Positions 15,601 to 31,492 are shown, counted from the first letter of the stretch. The stretch: 64,000 nt of DNA from Chrysomallon squamiferum (GCA_012295275.1 CM022666.1:13950001-14014000); one strand, 5' to 3'. Translations and numbers: made by a program. The notes: generated by a model not told the origin, from the sequence alone.

Positions 15601-16799
15601 TAAACGTATTGCTGTGAACATTACAATTAATACCAGACTGCTGCTATTTCGACAGACAGTTTATTAGTTTTATGTCGAATCAAGACAATTATTAGTTTTA
15701 TGTCGAATCTTGACAAATGTGAGTGTTAACTGCTTATTTAGGATATTTCCTGGTCTGTGGAGCTAACGCTTCTAAATATGTGTCTGGTGTAGAGCTTTTC
15801 TTCACGTTCCACTACCAGTTTTAAACGTACGTTACTCTTCATGACTGCATCCAAATGCAATTTCTTCATAAATTGTGGCATTCACCATTTCATGTGTATT
15901 AGTGGTAGGCCGAATGAAAGGTCTAACGACGTTATTTATATCTCTAGCTTGCTATTTTACTGTTTTGGGCTGCCTTTTGTGCTCTTAGCAAAAAGTATGT
16001 CAACAAAATAAATCTGTTACAAATATGTGAAAGCAGCCATTTTACCTCTTTAAAAACTGGAGTCGTGACGTCATTGCGTACTTGTTGGACAGTACTAATC
16101 TACACTTCGCTTTTATTTAAGAATGGACACAAAACAAACAAACGAAAAATACAACTCAACTTTGAAGTCTGAAAAGAATATTTACACCATTTTTTTTTTT
16201 TATTCATAATATCGAAAAATACGGTTTAAAATCATGATATTTATGGTTTTATGTTTTTGCATTAACAGTTTTCAAAATAACAAGTCTATATAAAACGTTT
16301 TATCTTCATCCACAGCCTATAATCCCGAAGCCTACCCTGTTACTGTAATCCCGTAACTATGGCAGCACTTCTGTACAGAGCTGCAAAACATAAACAACAT
16401 TTTAACAATCCTTTTTATTTAAAAAACAAAATCGATAAATAACGGTTTATGTAAAGGTATGGAATATAAGATTGACAAGATAAATGCAAATTAGTTGTAA
16501 TACTGCCATTAGTCTGCTCAAGCGGAAAGTTCCTAGTGCTCATATAATGGGCCATTGGGGGAATGTTTATGGAAAGCAATTATTGTCGAATGAAAAAAAA
16601 AAAAACGTGTAAAAACATATAATAACGGTCAATTATGGCATGTGGAGGTGAATAGAAAGAACGAGCTGATTTATTTTTCGTGGCTGTTTTTTCAGTTTTG
16701 TGAACAGTTCTGTCGTCTGAACTGAGGCGAAGGAAGAGAGATAAAAGGGAAAAGAATAAAGAACGAAATGAAATAAATGCTCGAGGAATCCACTGACAA

Positions 16800-17020
<221 letters not shown>

Positions 17021-17744
17021 TATAGTTACAAAATCTAGGGCTAAACTATTCCGTAGCCATTCTCTGACAATCTTTAAAAGATAAAGCAAGAAAAAAGACA
17101 AAACTCCATCCTTCATTAGAGGAAATACAGCTAAAGATAAAGAGGAAAAAAATCGATCTGAAAAAAAAAAAAAAAAAAAGAAAGGCACGTACAAAAAAAC
17201 AACAACTATAGAATTAAAATAAGATAGAAATTAGATGTCTCACACAGATACTGCCACCGGCTGGAAGCGAGTTCACTGGTTATGTGCAGTTAATGACGAT
17301 TTCCAGGACCACGGATTTACCCGCATCAAAGTCTATTGCCATAAGAATGGATTTAAAGCGAATCAGAAACTCGGGAGATAATTAGCAAAGCAGGAAACAG
17401 TTTACATCCCTGCCTGCGTCGGAGTAAAACTCAAATTCCGCGGTGAACGGTATTTGATTCAAACTCTAATACGGCAAAGGAGAATGGTTAGTGAATTAAG
17501 AATTAAGAAAAAAAAAAAAAAGAAAAAGAAATCTAATTAAAACCTTTAAGCGGATCCAGGGAAAACGCACCCTGGCGAGTACCCTCTCATTTGTGACAAT
17601 CGATTTTTTTTTTTTTTTTTTTTTTTATAATGAAATGTGTTTTATGAGAGAGAGCCGACGTCCATTTTTAATTTGAATACGTCGCTGAGATTCGTGAGAA
17701 GAAAAGAATTAATGAACTCTTCTACTGATTTTTTAATCTACAGT

Positions 17745-17885
17745 GTTGAGACATTTACATGATTAAGAACGATGCAGGAACGAACACAGGAAACAAGGTT
17801 TCGCCTTTCGATGGGCTAATTTAACACGATTAGCAGCGAATAATATTTTATATGAACCTTCCCACTGAAAGGAAAGCTCATACAA
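17745..17885 (-). mobile_element. Diverged fragment of a molluscan SINE central domain (antisense)
   Basis: aggaaacaagg..tcgcc..gatgggcta..cgattagcagc..ttttatatgaaccttcccactgaaagga resembles the gastropod/bivalve SINE consensus I recall (gaggaaacccgctgtcgcc..atgggctac..cgattagcagcaagggatcttttatatgcaccatcccacagacagga). Recognition is from memory, not from a search. Confidence 0.45.
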
Positions 17886-20800
17886 GTACATTTATTTTAG
17901 GTTACAAGTTATAAAAATCAATGGTCCATTAGTCTAATTGAAACAGGTCTAGATTTTCAGTTAATGAAACCAAAAAAGTATATATATATATATATATATT
18001 TGACATAGTTGTTGGTATATTTGACATGGTTGTCAATGAAATGAAGCGACACTGACACAAAAATACATTTATATTTTAGCCCTATTCGTTTACTTCAGGA
18101 TTTAATCAAATTAAACACTGACATACATAATACAATTGTTATAGTTACTAGCTCATGTGTTAATAAAATCTGATGAATTCATTGGTTCCTTGGTTTCACT
18201 GACGCAATTAAACCAGCTGTATTCAATTACTTCTTCTTTTATCATATGAATCTCGCGTTCCAATTAACACTTGCTTTCTCCGCCATTCCGAATTCCCTTG
18301 CGATGAACATCAAATTATTTCTGATTTATTTTATAACCCAAATTTTTGCTTATGTATAATAATTACCTTCAAAAGAATGTGTTTCTGGCTAGCGTAGTTG
18401 AAAAAAAAAAAAAAAAAAAAAAAAAAGTAATTAAAAAAAAAGAAAAGAAAGAAAAACAGAAGAAAAAAAAAATGTAATAAAAAAAATCACTTGCAGATGA
18501 AAACTGTCTGGACAATGAATTACTATTTTAGTCCGACAGATTGATATCGAACACCTGCTAACCAATATAAAACGCAATTTCTCTTTCAAATTGACTGTGA
18601 TATTTTAATCAGCCACTGCCTTCTGTCACCGATAAAAAAAAAAAAAAAAAAAAAAAAAGTTCATTCGGTAAACTTCGGCACATTTCGATATTTTCACATC
18701 CACGGAAAGAACTGATTATTCGATAAGCGTCGGTAACATTCGAGTGTCTATGGTCCCATAAAAAAAAAAAAAAAAAAATGTTATTCGATAAACAGCTGCA
18801 GTTTTCGAGTTCCAATTCAATTGAGAGGATACTGATCGATGAAGTTCGGCAGATTCGAGTCTTAGAGTCATTATCAGAAGGTTAATCAATTAACATCGGC
18901 AGTGTCCCAGAATTAACCGTCTTGTAATGGAAGAAAAGTTTATTCGACTCGTCAGAAAAGATTAGAATTATCAAGACTACTGCTTAATCGATAGTGTGAC
19001 GGGCAACGAGGTCTGCAGTTACTACATACATAATAACAAACTCGCAAAGTTATAGACCCGTAGAAACAAAATTTTCTTCGACAAAGTTCGGCAGTTTTTG
19101 GAATTTATTTTTGTCGCAAAGAAGGCTGATGATTTGCTTAACGTTTTGTATTTTTTTAATTATAATTGAAAATATCTGACAAGACTATATACGTAGCGAA
19201 TAATGAATGTTTCATAGTACTACTACCACTGCTACTGCTACTACTACTACTAATTATATCAGTGATTCTTCGTTCTATACATCGTCTTCCATAACAATAA
19301 CTCTTGTTTATTTCATATAAATTATTCATTACAGGAATGGTCATTCGTTCTAGCGTTAAGATACGTATACTTTCATGTCCATTATTCTCGTTTATTTTGG
19401 ATAGCAGCGAGGTTTTTGCAGTGTTTTATTTTATAATTATTCGTATGTAAAATTGGCGATCCAGTTACGGAAGAACATTCCTGTCATAAATGAAAGTTCT
19501 CGTGTTTTTAATTTCGTTAAAGCCAGAACCAAGGACATTTATTTGATAGCCTTTGTCAGTTTCCTAGCAGTTAAAATTAATCTCTTTTGTTGCTGTACTT
19601 ACATTTGCGTATTTTACTCATCTCTCATAAACAAAATATATTAAAATATCTTGTCAAAATCAAAAATTACAATTGTTCTTTAATCAATTAGTAACTTTTT
19701 ACACGATCTATTTTTTTACGATAAGCTGGAATTAAGTTTGGTAAAAGGTAACTCAGTACTTTGTTCTGTTTTCTGTCCTCAATTTCAAATTGAGTTTCTT
19801 AATAAATAAAATAACAACAAACATTTGTCACAGACGGATGGACAGCACCTATTACCCTCCTCCCCAACCTCAGGGCACAGAGCTTTTAGGTACCTTTAAT
19901 TCATTAGACTCATTTTCATCACTGACCTTGAATGGATTAACTTTCCGTGCTTGCGGTCGCTGGTCACTGGAATTCGTCCTCTGAATTTTATTTACCCGTA
20001 AATAAAATCCTTCGTTTTCGCCAGCATTTTCAAATGAATCGCCATTAGGTATCTATTAATGAAAACGATTTTTCATTGTTTTGCACTACTCCATAATCGG
20101 GGTTATCGCTGTAACCTTGGCAACGTTTATAACAAATTCCGCGGAGAACCTGTTTGTTGGCTTTCAAATAGGAAATATAATTAACGAGTGTATTATTTTA
20201 CTGTTATAACAAAAGCAGGAGAAATAGATTTGTGATGGTATTAATAGCAGTCGTAGTAGTAATTGTAGTATTAGTAAAGTTAATAATAGCAGTAGTAGTA
20301 GTAGTAGTTGTTGTTATTGTTATGTTTTTAGTGGAATTAGTAGTAATTGTAGCAGTAATGATAGTTACAGTAGTACTAGTTGCAGTAGTAGGATGAGAAG
20401 GATTCTAGGAAGATAAATAGAAGTATTTGTAGTATTACTAATAATAGTAGCAATAGTAATAGTAGTAGTAGTAGTAGTAGTAGTAAGAAGTAGTAATAAA
20501 GAGACGAAGAGGAAGACGTCGACGAAGAACAATAACAGCGACAAGAACAAAAAGATAATAACAATAATAACAATAATAATAATAATAATAATAATAATAA
20601 TTTATTATTAACAACAACAACAACAATAACAGCAAAAGCGAGAAAGAAAGAATGAAGGAACGAAATGGCTGCAAAGAAATAAATAATCGCTGGGGTCGTG
20701 ATTGGAGTAATGTAGATTAATGAACGTTTTTCCCTGAAGACCGTTTAATCTTTTTTTGCGCCCGGTTTCCGTAACGTACGTGATCCTCGGCCGTGAAAGG

Positions 20801-22479
20801 AGGTTGCCAGGCAGAACGCGTGATGTGACAGAGTAATCTTTTGTTATTTTAACGACAAAAGGAAAAGCAGATCACGGCTCTGTGTTTGAATGGTCTAATG
20901 AATTAACAATGACATTGTTTTTGCTTGTACACAGAGAAGAAGACAAGTTTTATAGAACCGGGAATTCTCTTTAATGTAAGGCAATCCCCTCGCACACTGG
21001 CAGATAACTGTAAATAATAACATGCACGGCAGATCATTTTGCGTGAATGCATGCGTAATTTATTTAACCCCTTTCGCAGAGATATTGTTTTATTCGGGTT
21101 TTTTTTTTTTTTTTTTTTTTTTTTCTTTTTGTTATGGGCGGAACTGTGGTATATATATATATCTATTTTTTGTTCTCCAAAAGGCTGCGTATCTTAAAGT
21201 TAGGTTTTGACGATCTCTCTTTATATCTTTCTATTTACCTGTCCGACAGTACGTCTGTTTATCTACCTTTATCTCTGTTTACATTTCTCACATTCTTTAT
21301 ATATCCCTCGACTTTTAGTACATGCGCACTCTGTACTGTCATCCATCCGACTGTCTCCGCCAGTCAGTCAATCTCTCTGTCTGTCTGTCTCTGTCTGTCT
21401 GTCTGCCTGTCTGTCTGTCGAATACACGTCTACATACATAAATATACATCGATGTATACATTTAGTGAAGCTAATTGTCCACTGAAGCTTTAAACTAATG
21501 TTTTGCACAGTTCGATGACAGATATAATGGAGATTATACTGATTAGTTTTCTGATTGGAAACTTTTGCCTCATGCATAAAGTATCGTTATGGCTGTGTCG
21601 TAGATGTTTTTATCTTGAAAAAACAACAATCTGTCCTAATCTGTATGCATGGAACGATTTGTTTTGTCTGATTTTTTGAATTATTAATATATATATTTTT
21701 TCTTGAATAAAACTCATTAATTCTGGTCATTGGTTATTAATAATCGAATTTCTGTATGCTTGTACAGCACACATTTATATGTGTATGTATGAATGTATGA
21801 ATATATGTATGTATGCATATATGTTAGTATATGTGTATGCATGCATGCAAGTAAATGTGTGATTTGTATATATGTGTGTATGTGTGCATGTATGTATGTA
21901 TCGATCTATGTATATATTTATGTTTGTTATTTCGTGTGTGAATGAGTATCTGTGCATACATACACAAAGATACAGTGAAAAAATATATATGTGTGTTTGT
22001 GTGTGTGAGTCTGTTGCTGTTTTTGTATGTTGATTTAGCATGTCGCTAGGTAACAGCACGTGCATGTACGGATTATGCACACAATAGAAGCGTATAAACT
22101 TAAAATTATATTGCACAGAATCTGTACAAAGTGTAAAAATCAGTTTATCTATTATACAGTCGATGACACTAATGAGCAGTACATTCTCCGTGTTTATTGA
22201 AGATTACTGATTGTCTGCGTGTTATTTGTTACTAGTTAATAATCGGGTAACTTGGCGGATTTTTCTACGGACAAAGAAGAACAGGACAGCCCTGGCTGCA
22301 GCATATTGTTAGCAGACTAAGAATGTATAATTACAGTAATTAATAGGTAGAATATAAATCGTTGAAGATGAATAAGGCAGCTCGTTTTAATGCTGCTTGT
22401 ATTGAAATTATAATGGGGTAAGGAAAATCGAATCTGGGTCCAGTAGTAATGTCATCAGGCTCGTCGATGTTGTAAGTAT

Positions 22480-22953
22480 CATTGCCGTTGTTGCCATTAT
22501 CGTCGTTCACAGCGTTGTTTTCATATTATCAGGATGATTATCTTATCAATACTTGTCATCACCGTGATAACGTTCAGTATAATTATCGTTATAAATATCA
22601 TCATCATCGTTATCGTCGTCATAATCGCCATCATTAATGTAACCATCATCTTATCAGCACTTTGATCATCGCCAGTATAATTATTATCATCGTGATAGTA
22701 ATGATCATAATTATTGTTATTGTCGTCATCAGCTTATATTATTGATTATTATTATTATTATTATTTTGATTGCTGTTGTTATTATTATCATTATGATTAT
22801 TATTTTTATTATTCTTGTTATTATTACTATTAATGTCATTGTTGCTGTTATTATTATGATTATGATTTTTATTATTCTTGTTATTTTTGTTGTTATTATT
22901 ATTATTATTGTTACTACTACTACTACTACTTCTACTACTACTACTACTACTAC

Positions 22954-22989
<36 letters not shown>

Positions 22990-23034
22990 TGTTACTACTA
23001 CTATTGTTTGCTTCTTCTTTTCCTCTTTTATCTG

Positions 23035-23076
<42 letters not shown>

Positions 23077-23100
23077 AATCGTCATCATTATCGCTTGCTG
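22480..23100. repeat. Compound trinucleotide microsatellite (ATC/TTA/CTA/CAT)
   Basis: Direct inspection. It gives the poly-I/T/S/D pseudo-ORFs. Confidence 0.9.
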
Positions 23101-24479
23101 ATAACATGAAGTCAGATCCAGATGAGTGGTACTCATGGACTTATCTATTACGACAAAGAAACGTATTTGACATTTGTGAACTGAAAGTCGTATAACTGTC
23201 TGGCACTGCCTCTGTAACCACGCGAACTGAAGCGAGTGTTTGAGGCTGGTCATTACAGCGTGAAAAACAGCGACCTGTGAATTATGTTCTTAATAGAGTG
23301 ATAATCACCGGGTAGAAAGATTCCACACAAAATAACGTGATCTTCTTGTTTGCGTGGTGATTGGAGCTAGTTATACACTATATCTCTTTGTCGTTGAAAT
23401 TCTCTCTCTCTCTCTCTCTGTCTCAGTGTATGCATGGGTGTGTGTTTCTTTTGTGTGTGTGTATGTTTGACTGTGTGTGTGTGTTTATGTATGTTTGTGT
23501 CTGTGTATGCGAGGGAGTAGGAACGTGTTTTCTGTCTCTCACTGACTTTATTATGTTGGGAAATATTCCTGAACAAACTGTTTATTTTATTCTGTTTTGC
23601 TCTTCTGTATTTTTGCTTGTTTGTTTGTCTTTTGATTTTTAATTTTTCTTTTGAATTATTAAGGAAAAAAGCCTAAACAACCAAATGAGTGTAAGCATAA
23701 TCCATAACACCTGGTGTTTTTCAAAATGCACTGAATGTATTATCGTATTTGGATTATTCGTGTATCTGGATGTCTGTCTGTCTGAGTGTCTGTCTGTGAA
23801 CGTGTAATACTGCGTGCACACTTTGTATTCACTGTCCTTGCTTATCGCGTCAGAGCAAGTCAGCGGGTTTGTTAAAATATCTGTGACTGCTAACTTCATC
23901 ACCAGTTCTACTTAACGAAGTGGACAGGTGATGGTCACTTCTGGAAGCAGGCTAATTTTAGATGTCACGACCGTCTAAGATTTCGACCAGACAATGGATA
24001 GATTATCTGATATAATCTGATCCTCAGTCAGATTGATGGAAGTTAATTTTGCACTGTATTTTGTCAACTCAAACAGTTCCATCAGTAAAGGGATGATACT
24101 TGGTAGTTTTTGATTCAAAATCAGATTGAGGTGGACGTTAATTTTGGGATGTGGACTACCAGTCGATTGGAAGACTACAGACCAGCGGCTTGATAGCATA
24201 ATCTGATAAACTATTCTGATTCGCTATCACACATCGGTTTCAGAAGATCAAGAAACTTATAACTGAACTGACTCGAAGGAAGTAAATTTCAATTTATATG
24301 CGTGGAATAATTTGTTTCGTTTAATGCGCTTTGTTACAGCGATTAGAAAGAAGACAGGGCTGGTCAGAACCATTACACTGGAATTAAGACGTCGAAATCT
24401 CTTTTGATGGCGGGTTCAAGGACGTCGTTTTATTTGTCTGTTAGTCTGTTGGTTTGTTTGTTTGTTTCGTTCTTTCTTT

Positions 24480-24843
24480 TACTGCTGCTAGTACTATTTC
24501 TCTGGCTACTACTACTATTGTTATTAGTACCATTATTACTGCCACTAGTTCTGTTTCTACTACGAATCCTACCACTGATATTGCTACTACTGTCACAATG
24601 ACTACGACTGCTATAATTAATTCTATTGCCTGCTACTACTGTTACTACGACGACGTTTACTACTGATATTACTACTAATGCTACTAGTAGTATTAGCAGC
24701 AGCAGCAATAGTAGTTGTAGTAGTAGAAGCAGTAGTAGTAGTACTAATAGTAATTGCAGCAGTAGTAGTAGTACTGTTAGTACAGTTATTAATACTTTTA
24801 TAATTTCTACCAACACTGCCATTTACTAGTCCTGTTACTGTTG

Positions 24844-24879
<36 letters not shown>

Positions 24880-25090
24880 TTAACTGTTCTTCCGCAGCTA
24901 ATACATAGACCTCTGTTACTGCAACAACAGCTATTGCTGCTGCAACTACGACTACGTATTAATTGTTCTTCCTCAGCTAACACATAGACCTTTGTTACTG
25001 CAAAAACAATTACTGTTGCTGCAACTACAACTACTCTTACTATTACATCTACTATTGCTGCTTCCACCACAACCAACACTAACTACAACA
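24480..25090. repeat. Degenerate (CTA/TAG)n microsatellite field
   Basis: Direct inspection. It includes a small internal duplication of tgttcttcc.cagctaa.acatagacct.tgttactgcaa. Confidence 0.85.
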
Positions 25091-25410
25091 CCAAGTTACG
25101 TCAATGTATCTGTTTGTATTTACAGTTTCCCCAAAAAGTACAAAAGGGTGTATCATGCCTTTTTTTTTCATTATTACACTTTAATTTTATTCTTTATTCC
25201 AGATCCTTAAACCCAGCATTCTTGCACATGTAATAACCATTATTTCGATGTACATATTGTGATCAACATATAATTGTTTGGGGTTTCTAACACCACGAGT
25301 TCTGCTGGTAATATATGAAACTGCGGCTCGATGCTAACTTCAACGAGAAAACTTGAATAAAAAAATATCTTTTCTCTAATCATCTTTATCAAATTAAAGG
25401 CACGCGTTGA

Positions 25411-25447
<37 letters not shown>

Positions 25448-25668
25448 AACATTAATAACTTCAAAGTGGAAGTTAAAACCACGTAATCTAATTTACACTT
25501 CAGCACAGATATTTCTTCATCGATCACCGCAATACAAGGATAAAGATGATTTGATTTTCTCTTTCTTTTATCAATAGCTGTTAAGTGAAGCTTTCCGATT
25601 TGTCTTTTCTGCTCTTTCGGTCTCTTTCTTTCAGTGTTTGTCTTTCTGTTTCCCCCGCTCTCGCTCGC

Positions 25669-25852
<184 letters not shown>

Positions 25853-26467
25853 TATACACATAACATCAGTTATATTTCTAACCAATCGCTAGGTAACACT
25901 GCTCAATTACTTCCTGATTCAGACAAGACTGAAAGTCACATTTCTTAATAAGATTAGTCATGATCAAAGAAGAGTGCACACAACTAATTATCTTAACAGT
26001 TCCTACTCGCAGAAGCTGTTCAAGTTGACATTCGACTTCTTTCCCTCATTTATCTGGCTTCCTGAAAAAAAAACCCACAAAAACCCCCAAAAACTCAAAA
26101 ACCCATCTAACTTTCACAGCTGTTTGAGACAATGAAAAATAACACAGATTCGAGGATTGTCCGAAACAAACGTCTGGTGGATTCTTCGCCGTCTCGGTTT
26201 ACAGTGTTTCGCGAACGAAGACAATCCATCCATCATTATCTGCCCGCCTCGTTTTTCCTCTTCTATCAACTACGTCTTAGTCACTGTCGGCTTCAGCTGT
26301 GGACTCGGGGATCGAGAATCCAGAACGTGCCAGCCGCGCTGTGTTTTCTTCTTACAGATTTCTGTAGTGAAACCACCACGTCGTGAATGTTTGATCTGTC
26401 GCAACGTTTTCTCATACAATGAAGCGACCGTCGTCTTGTACTCCATGACACTGTCGCGTGGGTGGAC

Positions 26468-27443
26468 TATATCCTATATCATTATTACCGTATCGTATAT
26501 CATTGTTACCTCATCCTATATCATTATTACCTCATCCTATATCATTATTACCTCATCCTATATCATTATTACCACGTCCTATATCATTATTACCTCATCC
26601 TATATCATTATCACCTCATCCCATATCTTTATTACCACATCCTATATCATTATTACCACATACTATATCATTATTACCACATCCTATATCATTATTACCA
26701 CATCCTATATCATTATTAATCCATCCCATATCATTATTACCACATCCTATATCATTATTACCATATCCTATATCATCATTAATCCATCCCATATCATTAT
26801 TACCATATCCTATATCATTACCTCATCCTATATCATTATTACCACATCCTATATCATTATTACCTCATCCTATATCATTATTACCTCATCCTATATCATT
26901 ATTACCACATCCTATATCATTATTACCACATCCTATATCATTATTACCACATCCTATATCATTATTACCGCATCCTATACCATTATTACCTCATCCTATA
27001 TCATTATTACCATATCCTATATCGTTATTAATCCATCCCATATCATTATTACCCCATCCTATATCATTATTACCATATCCTATATCATCATTAATCCATC
27101 CCATATCATTATTATCATATCCTATATCATTATTACCTCATCCTATATCATTATTACCACATCCTATATCTTTATTACCACATCCTGTATCATTATTACC
27201 TCATCCTACATCATTATTACCTCATCCTATATCATTATTACCATATCCTATATCATCATTAATCCATCCCATATCATTATTACCACATCCTATATCATTA
27301 TTACCACATTCTATATCTTTATTACCATATCCTATATCATTATTACCACATCCTATATCATTATTACCACATCCTATATCATTATTACCACATCCTATAT
27401 CATTATTACCACATCCTATATCATTATTACCACATCCTATACA
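26468..27443 (+). repeat. 21-bp minisatellite, about 46 copies (tatatcattattaccacatcc)
   Basis: Clear 21-nt period with variants. The + strand lacks G, so it is largely stop-free and produces the SYIIITT/PISLLPH pseudo-ORFs. Confidence 0.95.
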
Positions 27444-27559
27444 TTACTGACACTAGCGCTGTTTTCTAATAATTATATCTTATACGCTGTCCTCGTATTC
27501 CGGTATATTCTTTACGCTGTAACCATTTTAAATATATTTTGTACACTATCATCGTATTC

Positions 27560-28210
27560 CTGAACTTTCCTTATGCTACCACCATATTCCAATATATTTT
27601 ATACATTATCATTATATTCCATTATGTTCTATACATGTCTAATATATTGCATACATTCTCATTATAATTCCATACGCTCTCAACATATTCCAATATATTT
27701 TATACATTACCAATATATTCCATTATGTTCTATACATTTGTCTAATATATTCTATACATTCTCACTATAATTCCATACGCTGTCAACATATTCTAATATA
27801 TTTTATACATTACCAATATATTCTATACATTTGTCTAATATATTCTATACACTCTCGCTATAATTCCATATGCTATCAACATATTCAAATATATTTTATA
27901 CATTACCAATATATTCTATACATTTGTCTAATATATTCTATAATCGCTATAATTCCATATGCTATCAACATATTCAAATATATTTTATACATTACCAATA
28001 TATTCTATACATTTGTCTAATATATTGTATACACTCTCGCTATAATTCCATATGCTATCAACATATTCAAATATATTTTATACATTACCAATATATTCTA
28101 TACATTTGTCTAATATATTGTATACACTCTCGCTATAATTCCATATGCTATCAACATATTCCAATGTAATTCTTTATAACCATCATCATTTCCATACCCT
28201 ATCAGCATAT
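27560..28210 (+). repeat. ~93-bp tandem repeat (6-7 copies) adjoining the 21-bp array
   Basis: The gct.tcaacatatt anchor recurs at 27676, 27779, 27872, 27961, 28054 and 28147 (spacing mostly 93). Confidence 0.9.
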
Positions 28211-28705
28211 TCATATAAGTTTTACTGAAGCACTAACTCAAATTACTTCTGTTTCATATTTTCCATCCCTTTTTATTCCTGATCATAATTACATAAGAAT
28301 CAAAAGCTCAGGAAAGAGTCGGTGTTTGGTTATCACTGATCCTTCAGTGAACAGTACTAAGCTATTGAAGTGATACAAAGAAAGCATCATCGATCTATTG
28401 CTGGTCCATGATGTGTTAATTGGAATGAGGCACTGCAGAGAGAAAGCTCTGTTTTCTCTGTATCGTTATTAAACTGCTCTCACACACGTGATAAACCTTT
28501 GAGAAAACATTAATAACGTCTACGCTGAAGTTAAAGACAAACAATCTAATTTACAGCGCGAGGTGATAAAACATCATCGATCAGTTTAATACAGGGATAA
28601 CGATGGCTTGATTTTATCTTTCTTTTATTAATAGCTATTAAACAAAAATTAAAAATAATAATGATGACGATGATGATAATAGTAATAATTTTCGTAATTA
28701 TTATT

Positions 28706-28756
<51 letters not shown>

Positions 28757-29059
28757 GCTGCTGCTGCTGCTGCTAATATTGTAGTTGTTAGTTTTTATTA
28801 TTATAGCATTGAATATGATAATGTTAATGAAGACGATGGTATTAATGATAACAGACTTAACTATAGCGACAACACTGGTAACAGAGTTAGCTGTAGCAGC
28901 AACAGTAGTATAGTAGATAGTAGTAGCAGTAAAGATGGAAATTTTTGTTGTAATTATACTGGTAGCACAATAAGTGGTTCAAAACGTCTAACTTTTTAAA
29001 AACTAGTTCAGTAGTGTAGCTGTGATAATTAATAATAACAGTAAAAACGTCTTAATAAA

Positions 29060-29090
<31 letters not shown>

Positions 29091-29713
29091 CAGTAATAAT
29101 AATAATAATAGTAACAGTAATAATAATAATAGTAATAGTAATAATAATAATAGTAATAGTAGTAGTAGTAGTAATAATAATAATAAATAATAATAATATA
29201 ATAATAATAATAATATAATAGTAGTAGTATTATTAGTCATAATAATAATAATAATAATAATATTATAATAATAAACGGCATTCATGATAAAAAAAATGAT
29301 TTAAAATTTCCCAGGCAGCTGGGAACTGTCAATGGAATTAAAGGAAGAGTGACAAAAAAGGTGTTGTCGTTGTCACGTCCAGGACTCAACCAGTAACACG
29401 CTGACGTGTTTACGAGGTTGTCGAGGTCTTCGCTTTGGCGATGACAAATTGATCGATTGATGGCGTCGTCCTTTGGCGATTGCAGTGGAAGTCGTTGTTT
29501 CACGGTTAATCAGGTTCCGAATTACCGCGAGTGAATAATGTTGTAGTTGTTATTACAACGTCGGGCCTGTCGTCACCTGGAACGCCGCTAAGAGAGCAAC
29601 GTCTAATCAGCTGAAAAATTTTAGGAATATTTTTGTTGTAACGATGTTGTTTTTTTTTTAAAGCAGCACACAGTGTTTTAAAACACACGCAGAGAAAGAG
29701 AGAGAGAGAGAGC

Positions 29714-29811
<98 letters not shown>

Positions 29812-30345
29812 GAGAATGAGAAAGAAATAAAGAGAAAAACAAAAAGAGAGAATGACAGAGAAAAGGAGAAAGAAATAGAGAAAACGACTTATAAATACGA
29901 AAGAAAGTTTCGTCTTTCAAAATCTGATGCAAAATAACTTTAGAGAAATCATCATAAAAAAAAAATACCTTTCACTTAATAACATTATAAAGAAATATCT
30001 CAAGAATCAGTTACTTTAAAACGTCTGTATTATAAAGAAATATCTCTAGAATCAGTTACTTAATAACGTCTGTATTATATGGGAAAGGGACTGGCTCTAG
30101 AATGCATAAAAGGCTCTGGTTCTAAAGCAACATCCACCGCAAAAAGCTGATCGTCTGTACATAATAATTATAAGATCATTAATGATTAATTTCATTAACT
30201 TGAATGAACTTTTAATCTTATAAACAATCTGAATGATTAAGTTTAACATTAGTTCTGGTTACCGATTTTATTAAGATTCTAATTCATATAGATTTTGTTT
30301 GAGCAAATTATACGTACAAAGTGGTTTTGTCTTTCTCTCGGTTTC

Positions 30346-30482
<137 letters not shown>

Positions 30483-31386
30483 ATATCTGTTTATCTGTCC
30501 TTTCTGCCCATCTTCTTCTGTCTCTCCATTTTTCCGTCTCTTTTTGTCTGCCTGTCTCTTTCTCGCTTACTGCGTCGTTGTGTGTGTGTGTCTCTGTATG
30601 CAGTTTTCTCTTGCCAGAATCTTATTTATTAATTAAGCTAATATATATGCCTGTGTGTGTGTCTGTCTGTGTGTCTGTCAGTGTCTAAACTGCTTCGTTA
30701 TCTGCTGATGTGAGAGGAATATACGTCTGTTCCATTCCTCGGCCTAACTCTATGTGGTGATAAATGAACTGAAATTTTTTACGCACAGACACGGTTCGAG
30801 ACAAATATATTGGCTGTTATGCTGAAATAACAAATTAGTTTTCTCGGCAAAGCAATTTTAGGAATGTTTTAAGAAATAAATAAAGAAATAAAACTGAAAG
30901 TGAAAATGCGGGATGTATTATAATAAAATGAACACAAAACTGAACGTGTTCGCTACCGCCTGACTTTTGGGAAATAAAAATAACTTAAACGAAATGAAAA
31001 GTTATAAAAATAGTTATAAAAATAGTTATAAAAATAAAAATGAAGTAGAAATAAAAATAAAAGTAACGTAAAGTAAAATAAAAATAAAGTATACAGTTGA
31101 CTAAACACGACCAGTGATAAAACATATAGTTATAAATGGCTAGAATGGGAATTAATTGTGAAAACAGTTTATCTCATCTGAAGTCGCAGTTGAAGTAAAA
31201 GATGACAAAGGGTCAGCAATCACGATTCCGATTTCATATTCTATTTTGTTTGTTTGTTTATTTATTTATTTATTTATTTGTTATAATTATTATTATATTG
31301 TTTTTATAAATACGTCTTTTCTTCTTTTTTGTTTTACAGTCCATTTGTGATAACAGTTGGAATTGTTTGTTCATCTGAAAATTTAC

Positions 31387-31492
<106 letters not shown>

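Noticed and set aside
26436-26450. miR-281-like (minus strand tgtcatggagt) and other partial miRNA seed matches (e.g. near 13331, 24168, 32746)
   Set aside because: The matches stop after about 10-12 nt and no hairpin partner is evident.
26157-27563. 468-aa and 330-aa ORFs (SYIIITT / PISLLPH repeats) as real proteins, or the array as a CRISPR-like locus
   Set aside because: Pure 21-bp tandem repeat with no unique spacers. The frames are open because the strand lacks G, the starts are non-ATG, and there is no supporting gene structure.
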